Shown piece by piece: positions 8,834-17,872 of a stretch of DNA of 64,000 nt (position 1 is the stretch's first letter; every line of letters begins with the position of its first letter). The notes below the pieces were generated by a model. That model did no database searches and was not told the DNA's origin. It was given only the letters and a program-made list of their open reading frames with translations. Source of the DNA: Phycisphaerae bacterium (GTDB lineage Bacteria > Planctomycetota > Phycisphaerae > UBA1845). The position numbers and the translations under genes were made by a program. The DNA is taken from positions 2,528,001-2,592,000 of the forward strand of contig CAXXGO010000006.1 in assembly GCA_963666835.2 (NCBI GenBank), given 5' to 3'.

Positions 8834-11800
8834 ATGATTGCGGCACATGGGAATCGAGTGATGCACGGAAAGGTACGGCTATTGCGGTGGTTAGCGATTC
8901 CAGCGATTGTTGGAATCGTGGGTCTGCTGGGGGCCGTTCCGGCGGCGGCAACGGATGTGCTGCCGGGCTCCGATTTGTTCCTCAGTCCGGCCCCGCCCGG
9001 GGGACTGGCGGGGGCTACTTACGATGACCTTGGCAACAGCCCTTTACCCGCGGATTTCTTCGGGCCCGGGTCGGATCCGTTCGACGGAGTTATCCACCTC
9101 GAGGGTCTGCCGTTTTCGGTGGCCGGACCGTTGGGGTTCGAGACGGCTGACACGATCGTGGAGCGACTGACTACGGCCGTACTACCCGATGACTACACGA
9201 GCGAAGATACCGTGGATACGGTGATGGTGGCGTTGAGTTTGGCAAGCACCTCGCCGATTACCGTCACTTTCGACGGCGGGCCGGACACGTCGCTGTATGA
9301 CGTCCAAGTATGCCTGTCGAGCTTCACCCCCCAGCCGGGGGGATGGATGACAATACGGCATCTCTGCCCGGAGGGGGGTAAGTTCGAGTCGTTAACGCCG
9401 GTGATTCCGCGACTGATCTTCACCAAGGTGTCGGGCAGTTCAGGCGTATCCAACGCTGTTTTGGATCCTGCTCCGCAATTGGATTTCGTTGTAACGGACG
9501 GGTGTTGGGCGCACTCCGCCCCGGTGAGTTTTGGCGTCTACAAGACAATCGGGGGCGTGGCGGACCATGATTGCGATGGGGTTTTCGACGCTTATTACCC
9601 GGCATCCAGCCCCGATCCGAACGGCTTCGTCGTGGGCGTGTGCATGTTGCCCTGTGATGACAGCGGTACGACGCCCGAACCGCGCAAGCGGATGACTGTC
9701 GAGGAGCAGCTCTGGGCGTCACACGGGATTCTTCCGGCGGAGGAGGAAGGGCTGGATACAGAGGGCGACGGCGTACATGATTTGGGTGATAATTGCCCGG
9801 AGGACTTCAATCCGCTGCAGACCGACAGTGACAACGATACCGTCGGCGACGATTGCGACAATTGCGTAGACGACTACAACCCCTTCCAGGAGGATACCGA
9901 CGAGGACGGCATCGGCGATGCGTGCGACATTGGCCCGTACGACGTCCTGCCGGGGTACGATCTCTGGGTGACGCCCGACGAGGGTTCGTATCTCGAGTTT
10001 GGGGGAAGTACGCCCAACCCGCCTATTCCTGCCGACTACTTCTGGCCGGGCTCGGACCCGTTTGAGGGAGTAATAAACCTCGTCGGGGATCCGATCTTCC
10101 CCGCATTATACGGCGATGTTTCTACGATTGTGGAGCGACTCGAGCGCGCGATTCTGCCGGATCCCATCGGCTCGTCGGATACGATAGACACGCAGCTTAC
10201 AGGGCTCCAGCTCCGCAGTGCCGCGCCGATTACGGTTACGGGAGTGGGCGGTCCCGGGGAATACGATGTCATGATCTCGTTGGACCCGGGCATTCCGTCT
10301 ACCGGGCAGATGACCATCCACCACGAGACGATCGAAGGCGGCACGTACGACGGCGTGTCATTCCAGGTGTACGTACAACTGGATTTCATGGCCCTGAGTG
10401 GTCCCGGTGGGGACGTCACCGCTCCACCTGAGTATCCGTACCTGCTGGAGGGGATTGGGCCATACGGTTGGCAGCATGATCCCCCGTTTGAACCGCAGTT
10501 GCCCGGTGCCGGGCCGAACTTCTTCCCGATCGATCCGATGAGTGACCTGACTCTGTACTGGCCCTACGGTCCGCCGTGGGAGCAGGTAGGGGCGCATGGC
10601 GTTATCCCACCGCCTTTCCCCGATGGTTGCTGTCTGTCTGATGGAGTGTGCGTGAACGTCGACCCGACCGACTGCGTGATTATGGGGGGTACTCCCCAAG
10701 GGGCGCTTTGCACCGGTGAGACGGAGGCCTGCTGCTTCGTCGCGGACGGAAGTGGAACATGTCTGGACGTCGACCCGCTGTGTTGTGATGACTTGGGCGG
10801 GGTTGCTCAGGGAGCCGGATCGTTCTGCGCGAATTCGACGGTGGCCTGTTGCCTGCCGGAGGGCGGTTGTGTTGATGCGGACGCGACGTGCTGTGATGCC
10901 CTGGGTGGAGTCCCCTCGCCGTACGGCCACGCGTTCTGTCTGGGGGATAATGACGAGCCGCCCAACGGGATCGATGACGCTTGCGAACCGGAACCACAAC
11001 CGGAGCAAGCCTGTTGCCTGCCGGACGCAACGTGTGCGGATGTGACTCACGACTCCTGCGTTGCGCAGTTCGGCGACCCACAGGGCCCGGGTACGACTTG
11101 CGATGACGTTTCGGTGGTCTGCCATCCGCTCAAATGGTCGCAGCCACCGACGTTCAACTCCGACTCACCCGTTCCGGAGTGCTTCTGGGGTTGGGACGAA
11201 GTGTCGTATTATGGTCAGGCCGATTGGCCGATAGTGGCGGACGATTGGGTTTGTATTGGTCCGGAGCCCGTGGCGGACATCCACTGGTGGGGGTCGTATC
11301 TTAACTGGGATGAAGCGGTTCCTCCGGCGGACGCACCATTTTTCTTCTACATTGGAATCTGGGCGGATGACTCGAGCGGACTGTTCGGTCATCCGGGAGA
11401 TTTAGTGTGGCAGTGGGTAGCGGCTCGAACATCTCTCAATGAAAGAGCGGTGGCCTGCGATTTCCATCCCGATTTCCTGACTGCGCCGGAGAGTTGTTTC
11501 AAGTATGACCTGGATATCCCGGAGGCTGAGTGGTTCTATCAGGCCGGTGGGGCAACCGTCTATTGGTTGAGCATCTCGGCGGCGGATATGCCGGGAGCCC
11601 ACCCGTGGGGCTGGAAGACGCGCGAGCATTACTTCGGAGATGACGCCGTGCGGATCGTCGATCCGGTTGCGCCGGGGATCGGAGATGCGTATGTAGCCGG
11701 TGAGCCGATCGAGGACGGCGGAGGGGCTACGTGGGATATGGCGTTCGTCCTGACGACGGCGGAGACATGCCCAATCGCCAATCGGCCGCTACCGGAGCCA

Positions 11801-12820
11801 TATTCTGAAACCACATGCATCCTGGATTCGGATTGCGATAATGAGGCGACGTGTATTGGTGGGACCTGTTACGTGCCGAAGAACCGGTACATTTCGTTCG
11901 TGCCGAACAATGGCAGCGCTTCGGTTGCCGTCCGCGTGACGCATGTCGGCAGTGGGCGGCAATGGTGGGTGGATGAGCCCCTTCTCGTTGAGCCGGGTGT
12001 GTGGGTTGCCGGCCTGGTAAGCGATCCGGTGTGGCGAGCCTGGCCTGAGCCGGTGGTCCACGTTGCGGGTTGTGGTACGGCTCCCGTCGCTCTTTATGAT
12101 GTTCAGGCGATCGATGCGGCATGTGATCCTGAGAACGAAAGCAACTACTCGCCGGCGTTGTCGTTGCCGACGATCGCGCAGCCGATCCCGAAGCACTGGG
12201 GCGACTGTGTGGGTAACTTCGCCGGGACGTGGAGTCCGCCCAACGCGGTAGTGAGTATGGATGACCTGATGGCGGCACTTCAGAAGTTCGGGTCAGCGCC
12301 TACTGCTCCACCGCTGGTGTGGGTCGATGTAGCCGGAGAGGAGCCCAACGCGATCCTCAATATGACGGACATTCAGCAGTTCGTCGGCGCGTTCAAGGGG
12401 GAGGCGTATCCGTTCTCCGACCCGGCGGAGTGTCCCGCGGACCCCGAGGTGTTATCCTATTCGAATAGCGGGTGTCTCTCCGGTGGCTCAATGGTCATGG
12501 CGAGCGACGATCCCTATCCCTTCTGTGGCGATGATGTGGTCGTTTTCACCGCGGTGGAGGGTGGTTTGCACGTATTGCATCAGAATGTGACCTATAACTG
12601 CTGCCCGGATGACATCATCATCACGCTGTCTGTGTCGAATAACGATCTCCACCTGACTGAGGAGGAGATCCTCACGACGCCGTGTGATTGTCTGTGTTGT
12701 TACGATGTAGAGGCGAACATCGGCGGGCTATCGCCGGGCACCTACAACGTCGATCTATGTTGGCAGGATGCGGAGACCGGCGGCGAGATGTGTGTCGAGG
12801 ATATCATCGAGATTCCGTAA
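8834..12820 (+). CDS. Large secreted multidomain Cys-rich protein (duplicated N-terminal module, thrombospondin type-3 repeats, xCC repeats, KWSQPP/DIHWWGSY domain, dockerin-like segment)
   Basis: AAGGAG RBS before ATG 8834; signal peptide ending AAA; two copies of PADFFGPGSDPFDG/PADYFWPGSDPFEG...TIVERL; TSP3-like DNCPEDFNPLQTDSDNDTVGDDCD; four ACC/GCC repeats. Confidence 0.8.
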   Translation: MIAAHGNRVMHGKVRLLRWLAIPAIVGIVGLLGAVPAAATDVLPGSDLFLSPAPPGGLAGATYDDLGNSPLPADFFGPGSDPFDGVIHLEGLPFSVAGPLGFETADTIVERLTTAVLPDDYTSEDTVDTVMVALSLASTSPITVTFDGGPDTSLYDVQVCLSSFTPQPGGWMTIRHLCPEGGKFESLTPVIPRLIFTKVSGSSGVSNAVLDPAPQLDFVVTDGCWAHSAPVSFGVYKTIGGVADHDCDGVFDAYYPASSPDPNGFVVGVCMLPCDDSGTTPEPRKRMTVEEQLWASHGILPAEEEGLDTEGDGVHDLGDNCPEDFNPLQTDSDNDTVGDDCDNCVDDYNPFQEDTDEDGIGDACDIGPYDVLPGYDLWVTPDEGSYLEFGGSTPNPPIPADYFWPGSDPFEGVINLVGDPIFPALYGDVSTIVERLERAILPDPIGSSDTIDTQLTGLQLRSAAPITVTGVGGPGEYDVMISLDPGIPSTGQMTIHHETIEGGTYDGVSFQVYVQLDFMALSGPGGDVTAPPEYPYLLEGIGPYGWQHDPPFEPQLPGAGPNFFPIDPMSDLTLYWPYGPPWEQVGAHGVIPPPFPDGCCLSDGVCVNVDPTDCVIMGGTPQGALCTGETEACCFVADGSGTCLDVDPLCCDDLGGVAQGAGSFCANSTVACCLPEGGCVDADATCCDALGGVPSPYGHAFCLGDNDEPPNGIDDACEPEPQPEQACCLPDATCADVTHDSCVAQFGDPQGPGTTCDDVSVVCHPLKWSQPPTFNSDSPVPECFWGWDEVSYYGQADWPIVADDWVCIGPEPVADIHWWGSYLNWDEAVPPADAPFFFYIGIWADDSSGLFGHPGDLVWQWVAARTSLNERAVACDFHPDFLTAPESCFKYDLDIPEAEWFYQAGGATVYWLSISAADMPGAHPWGWKTREHYFGDDAVRIVDPVAPGIGDAYVAGEPIEDGGGATWDMAFVLTTAETCPIANRPLPEPYSETTCILDSDCDNEATCIGGTCYVPKNRYISFVPNNGSASVAVRVTHVGSGRQWWVDEPLLVEPGVWVAGLVSDPVWRAWPEPVVHVAGCGTAPVALYDVQAIDAACDPENESNYSPALSLPTIAQPIPKHWGDCVGNFAGTWSPPNAVVSMDDLMAALQKFGSAPTAPPLVWVDVAGEEPNAILNMTDIQQFVGAFKGEAYPFSDPAECPADPEVLSYSNSGCLSGGSMVMASDDPYPFCGDDVVVFTAVEGGLHVLHQNVTYNCCPDDIIITLSVSNNDLHLTEEEILTTPCDCLCCYDVEANIGGLSPGTYNVDLCWQDAETGGEMCVEDIIEIP

Positions 12821-12989
12821 CGGTTGCCCGAGAAGACGCGCGCCCAGCGCTTGCGAAAGGCCGCTACGGTCGGTGAGTCTGGTTAACCGACCGTGGCGGC
12901 CTGTTGTACGGCCCCGGTCTCTGTCAGACGAGCCGGCGCGTTCGAGACGTTGTTGATGGGATCGATATTTGAGAGGTATGCGACGACTC

Positions 12990-14711
12990 CTACAGTACTA
13001 TGACGCCCCATTCCACGACGGTGAACCCTTCACGCACGAACGCGTCGCAGTTGGGAGGTGTGGGGATCGTTATACGATGGTCGAGCGGACGAATCAGGAG
13101 GATGGCTCTCAGGATGCTGTCTGGTGACGGTGTAATCGTGAGCGTGGTGACCGCTTCGGCATTCTGCGGATAAACCGCGTACCAGGCAGAGCCCTCGAGA
13201 ATCGGCACCCAGTGGTTTACGAAGTCGTCAATCTCTCGACCTTCAAAACCCAGCTCCGCCAGCAGAGTTCGAAGCTCAGCTTCCAGCTTCTCCCCTCGAA
13301 GTACCCATCCGGTTTCACGATTGAGCGGTACGGACACCATTGCCTCGTAGAATAAGTACCCGTATACCCCGTTGATCGTGCCGTCGGGCCGGGCGTGCAC
13401 TTGCCAGCCGGCTTGATACGGCGGCTGCGAATCGGTTATGTAGCCGCCCGACGGCACACCGACCGAGACGCTCATGTCCATTGTGGTAGTCGGGTACAAA
13501 TAGAGGTTCGGAGCATCGGCTTGCGCCGGTTCCGGGAATTGAAGATCGTAGTAATCCACCCCGGACGTATTAGTGACGTCAAAGGACACCGGGAACTTCT
13601 CGTCGTCATTGAACTGGCAGTAATCAAAAGCTAGGGTATAGTCTCCTGGGGGTAGACCGCTAAGGCCGAACCGTCCTTGCACATCGGTTGTTGTTGTCGC
13701 GGAGAACGTGTTTGCAGAATTGGTGATTTGGAGTGTGTGTTCGGCCACCGGGCTGTCGGCAAAGAACCCCTGCGTTCCGAAGATCGTGCCGGCTACTGCC
13801 TCAGCGTGATCCGGTACGGCGTCAAGGTCGATGGTGATAGTCTCTCCCTTCACGCATTTGTAGAGCTCGGTATAGAATCCTGTGGCCGTGGCGTAAAGGT
13901 AGTAGGCGGGCGGATCGCTGTACGGCATCTCCTCTTCAATATCGATCGTCACGGCACCCTCCGTTTCGAGGGTCTGCGTGTCGAGGAGTTCGCCCCAGCC
14001 GTCCGAGTATATGGCCAGGGCGATATCGGTTGCGATACCATCCTCGGGGATTAGGTCCACCGGCTCGTTGACCAGGGTGTAATGGCATACCCGGATGCCG
14101 GCTTCGTCCGTGTCGGCACAGGTGTCCACGGTGTTCTCGTCGCCGTCATCACAATCGGCATCGACGTTACACATGCGGTCGCATCGTTTCGCAACTTCGT
14201 TGCAAACCTCGTCCTCAGCACACGGCGATCCCGAGCTTCTGCAATCGGCGGGACAGCGATCGACCGTGCAGTGTTCCTCGCCGGTGCAGAACAGACCGTC
14301 ATCGCATTCAGTGTCGTCGACGCACAGCGGTATACACGTGTCGAAGGTGCAGGTGTCCGTGGCGGTAACCCCGTCCGCGGTGGTAGCCGTGAGCGTAACG
14401 ATAACGCTACCCGATGCGTCTTCGGAGGGCGTGACTGTCGGCTGAAACGTGTCGCCGTTTATGATCTCGCAGCAGTCGGCGGACGTCTCTATTGACACGT
14501 CAGCGCTTTCGGGAACTGTGTTAAGTGCAAACTCGACGGATCGGCCGATCGGAAGACCTTCCTCCGGGCAGCCGTTGATCTGCAGCTCGAGTTCGGCAGT
14601 TTCGCCGCCGAAGATCGTTTCGAACAGCGGAAACGTATCGCAGGCGGCTGATCCGGCAAGCAGAACTCCAGACAGAAGCAACTCGACGACTGCGGTTACT
14701 CGGCGGCCCAT
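12990..14711 (-). CDS. Secreted/lipoprotein with Cys-rich repeats and C-terminal PNLYLYP...VEWG domain
   Basis: Hydrophobic N-terminus ending SAAC; CDDGLFCTGEEHC and CDDGDENTVDTC repeats; Ig/Cna-like TDVQGRF..GLPPGDYTL; conserved-looking C-terminus (IDDFVNHWVP, REGFTVVEWG). Confidence 0.7.
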   Translation of the reverse strand: MGRRVTAVVELLLSGVLLAGSAACDTFPLFETIFGGETAELELQINGCPEEGLPIGRSVEFALNTVPESADVSIETSADCCEIINGDTFQPTVTPSEDASGSVIVTLTATTADGVTATDTCTFDTCIPLCVDDTECDDGLFCTGEEHCTVDRCPADCRSSGSPCAEDEVCNEVAKRCDRMCNVDADCDDGDENTVDTCADTDEAGIRVCHYTLVNEPVDLIPEDGIATDIALAIYSDGWGELLDTQTLETEGAVTIDIEEEMPYSDPPAYYLYATATGFYTELYKCVKGETITIDLDAVPDHAEAVAGTIFGTQGFFADSPVAEHTLQITNSANTFSATTTTDVQGRFGLSGLPPGDYTLAFDYCQFNDDEKFPVSFDVTNTSGVDYYDLQFPEPAQADAPNLYLYPTTTMDMSVSVGVPSGGYITDSQPPYQAGWQVHARPDGTINGVYGYLFYEAMVSVPLNRETGWVLRGEKLEAELRTLLAELGFEGREIDDFVNHWVPILEGSAWYAVYPQNAEAVTTLTITPSPDSILRAILLIRPLDHRITIPTPPNCDAFVREGFTVVEWGVIVL

Positions 14712-14764
14712 GTTAATCTCCGTACAAGTTGGTTGTCGTTCGGCAAGAGAATCCACATATAGCT

Positions 14765-15409
14765 CTACTTCCGCGTGTACGTAATCTCCAGGACCTTGAA
14801 CTCGGTGCCGGTGCTGTCCGGCTCATACAGTTCGAGAACGTGCTTGTTGTCGTCGACCAGCCGGGTGACCCCGCGGCTCGTGCGCATGGAGCCGGACCAG
14901 GGATCGCCGTGGCGGCCCGTGAATGTGATTACTTTGCACTCGTCCTGGCAGATGCCGAAACTGCGCGTCATGGCGTTAGACGTAGTGTCGACCCAGACAG
15001 ACGTGTATTTCTTTTCAAACGTATCGTATCCGTAGATTGCCAAGGCCTGAAAGGGCATCCCGAGATTGCCGCCGTCGAACTCCTCGAGAACGAAGCGATT
15101 GCCGAGAATCCACTTGCGTTCACACGTGCCCTCGGATTCGACGACGGGCGACTCGGAGTTCATCCGGTATTTGATGGCGGTCTTCCAGCTTCCGACGAGG
15201 CGGCGGAGGACCTGATGATGTTGCCCCGGCATGGCGTACTCTACCCACGTATCGATCATCGATTCACTGTCGCATCTCGGTTCCTCGACCTTCTGGGTTG
15301 GGCTCGCGGGACGAGAAACGCTCTTTGGCTCTTCCGAAGTCAGATCGCCGGCAGGCACTGCCGTTGCCCCGATCAGCAATATCGCCGCAAGCAGCATTCT
15401 GAGCATCAT
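14765..15409 (-). CDS. DUF1579 family secreted protein
   Basis: PGQHHQVL..LVGSW, ILGNRF, GYDTFEKKYTSVWVD, EITYTR; signal peptide. Confidence 0.8.
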   Translation of the reverse strand: MMLRMLLAAILLIGATAVPAGDLTSEEPKSVSRPASPTQKVEEPRCDSESMIDTWVEYAMPGQHHQVLRRLVGSWKTAIKYRMNSESPVVESEGTCERKWILGNRFVLEEFDGGNLGMPFQALAIYGYDTFEKKYTSVWVDTTSNAMTRSFGICQDECKVITFTGRHGDPWSGSMRTSRGVTRLVDDNKHVLELYEPDSTGTEFKVLEITYTRK

Positions 15410-15686
15410 GGTTTTGGTCCTTTCTTGCTCTGCGGAGCGGTCGTTGTCTCGAACGACTCGTCTGCGCGGTCATTATACCACAAGTCTTAAGGTGGCGGGG
15501 GAGCGGTCTGACGAGGGCAGCATCACGATTGAGCGAGTTGGACGTTGGATCGGCTCTTGGGCTTCGGCTACACTTGACCCGTGTGGTTGCCGCCTCTGGT
15601 TGCTTTGTGCTGCTGGCGGCAGTTGTAAGAGTCTGCGGCCTGTGAGTGAGCTTCCGCCGAGCGTGAGCGCTGCCTGGACTGATAAG

Positions 15687-16829
15687 ATGAGTGAAGGACC
15701 ATCCGCAAACGATGTCTCGGCACCGCCGGACGAGTTGCGCGCCAAACGGCGGCGGGCATTGAAGTGGGTGGCCGTGAAAGTGGCTGTGGCGCTGCTCGTT
15801 GCGTGGGCTCTTGCGTGGCACATTCGGGGTCTGGGGCGGGAGTGGGCGGAACAGGAGGAGTTTCTTGACGGGTTGTCCGTTGGGTGGTCCTGGGTTGGGC
15901 TTGCTCTGTTGGCGTACGGTGCCGGACAGTTGTGTTTTGCGTGCTTCTGGGGGCGTCTGCTACGCCGCATGGGCGTATCCGCCTCTTGGCCCGACGTTCT
16001 TCGATCCTACGCGATCGGCACTCTGGGGAAATACGTGCCCGGCAAGGCCCTGGTTGTCATCACCCGCACCGCGTTGCTCGGGAGGCAGGCGGCGGGGCAT
16101 TGGCACGTTGGTATGACTGTCGTTTACGAGACCCTTGCAGTAATGGCCGTGGGGGCGTGGGTCGCTACCGCCTGCCTGGTGCTGGCGACGCCCGGTGACT
16201 GGTACTTCTGGTCTTGTGCCGGCGCGGTGGCAGTAGCGTTCTCCGGCGCAGTGCATCCGGCGGTGTTCGGTCGGATAGCCGGGCTGGCCGCCCTGCCGTT
16301 TGGCGGGGTGAGGAAGGAGTTTGCGGCCGTCGAGTGCTGGGCCGCGCTGGTGAGGTGGAGTCCGCTGTTGATCGCAGGGTGGTTTCTGGCGGGGCTGAGT
16401 TTTTGGGCCGCCGCCTCCGCGATCGGCGTCGATTGCGCCTCTGTAGATGGGTTTCTTCTGATCGCCGCTGCGGCGGGTCTGGCTACAACGGTGGGGTTTC
16501 TGGTCGTGTTCCTCCCGGCCGGTATCGGGGTGCGCGAACTCGTGATTATTCAGCTTCTGGCTCCGTGGTTCGGCCGATCGATGGTAGTAATATCGGCCCT
16601 GCTCCTGCGGACCGTATGGACGATGGCCGAGTTGGGGATGGCCGGGGGGCTGCATTTCACCTGGCGGTTTGCGACCCGGGCGGATGCAGGTGGCGATTCG
16701 CGTGAAAGTGCGGGTCCTCCGGTTGATCTTCCAAGAGAAAACCGGCAAGCTGGCGGTCGTTTCCGCGACCCGGCAGCCGATTCTCCTGCGGCCAAGGTCG
16801 TGCGAGATTCGGAGAACAGTACGGCATGA
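15687..16829 (+). CDS. Lysylphosphatidylglycerol-synthase-TM / flippase-like membrane protein (UPF0104)
   Basis: Multi-pass hydrophobic protein with LGKYVPGK and PAGIGVRE motifs; stop overlaps the GT2 start. Confidence 0.8.
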   Translation: MSEGPSANDVSAPPDELRAKRRRALKWVAVKVAVALLVAWALAWHIRGLGREWAEQEEFLDGLSVGWSWVGLALLAYGAGQLCFACFWGRLLRRMGVSASWPDVLRSYAIGTLGKYVPGKALVVITRTALLGRQAAGHWHVGMTVVYETLAVMAVGAWVATACLVLATPGDWYFWSCAGAVAVAFSGAVHPAVFGRIAGLAALPFGGVRKEFAAVECWAALVRWSPLLIAGWFLAGLSFWAAASAIGVDCASVDGFLLIAAAAGLATTVGFLVVFLPAGIGVRELVIIQLLAPWFGRSMVVISALLLRTVWTMAELGMAGGLHFTWRFATRADAGGDSRESAGPPVDLPRENRQAGGRFRDPAADSPAAKVVRDSENSTA

Positions 16830-17872
16830 CGAACGACGGACCAGCGCGAGAGTCAACCGCCGGGGGGGCGTCGGCACCCGCCGCGTGTGATCTCTCCGTC
16901 ATTGTGCCCACCTACAACGAGGTCGAGAACGTCGACACCCTGCACGCGGAGCTGACCGAGGTCTTGGGCGGCGCCGGACTCGACTACGAAATCGTCTTCG
17001 TGAACGATGGGAGTACGGACGGAAGTCTGGATCGCCTCACGGCGCTAGCACAGCGCGATGAGCGGGTCCTGGTTGTAGAGCTCAGGAGAAATTTCGGGCA
17101 AACCGCGGCCATGGCCGCGGGAATCGCGCGTAGCCGGGGAAGTGTCGTCGTGCCGATCGATGCCGATCTTCAAAACGATCCGCATGACATTCCCTTGATG
17201 CTGGCCCAACTGGAGGGTCCTCCGGCTTTCGATATCGTGAGCGGCTGGAGGCGCGACCGCAAGGACAAGTGGCTGACCCGACGGGTCCCATCGCAGATGG
17301 CCAACGGCATCATTCGGCGCGTGACCGGCGTACCGATCCACGATTTCGGCTGCACCCTCAAGGCCTATCGCCGTGAGGTTCTGGATGAGGTGAGCCTGTC
17401 CAGCGATTTGCATCGCTTCCTGCCGGCGCTGGCCTCCTGGCACGGGGCCAGGACCACCGAGATGGTCGTCAATCACCGCCCGCGGGTCCACGGCCGGACC
17501 AAGTACGGGTTGTGGCGTACGTTCCGGGTCGTACTCGATTTGGTCACCGTGAAGTTCCTCGGCACGTATATGACCAAGCCGCTCTACTTCTTCGGTAAGA
17601 TCGGTCTGGTCACGTTGATGTTCGCGATGCTGTTGCTCGGGGTGGCGATCGGCCAGAAGTACGGCTACTTCGGGCAGCCGGCGGGCCTTCATCTGAATCG
17701 CAATGTGCTGGTTTCGCTAAGTGCCTTGCTGGCCTTCTTGACCGTGCAATGCGTGCTGTTCGGCGTTTTGGCAGAGCTACTTACGAGGGTCTACCACGAC
17801 ATTCGGGGCCGGCCGATTTACCGTATTCGTAGAGAATACGGAGCGACGTCCGGTCGTGAGACCGACAAGTGA
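16826..17872 (+). CDS. GT2 polyprenyl-phosphate glycosyltransferase (ArnC/GtrB-like)
   Basis: VPTYNE, NDGSTDG, RNFGQTAA, DADLQNDP, HDFGCTLKAYRR; two C-terminal TM helices. Confidence 0.92.
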   Translation: MTNDGPARESTAGGASAPAACDLSVIVPTYNEVENVDTLHAELTEVLGGAGLDYEIVFVNDGSTDGSLDRLTALAQRDERVLVVELRRNFGQTAAMAAGIARSRGSVVVPIDADLQNDPHDIPLMLAQLEGPPAFDIVSGWRRDRKDKWLTRRVPSQMANGIIRRVTGVPIHDFGCTLKAYRREVLDEVSLSSDLHRFLPALASWHGARTTEMVVNHRPRVHGRTKYGLWRTFRVVLDLVTVKFLGTYMTKPLYFFGKIGLVTLMFAMLLLGVAIGQKYGYFGQPAGLHLNRNVLVSLSALLAFLTVQCVLFGVLAELLTRVYHDIRGRPIYRIRREYGATSGRETDK

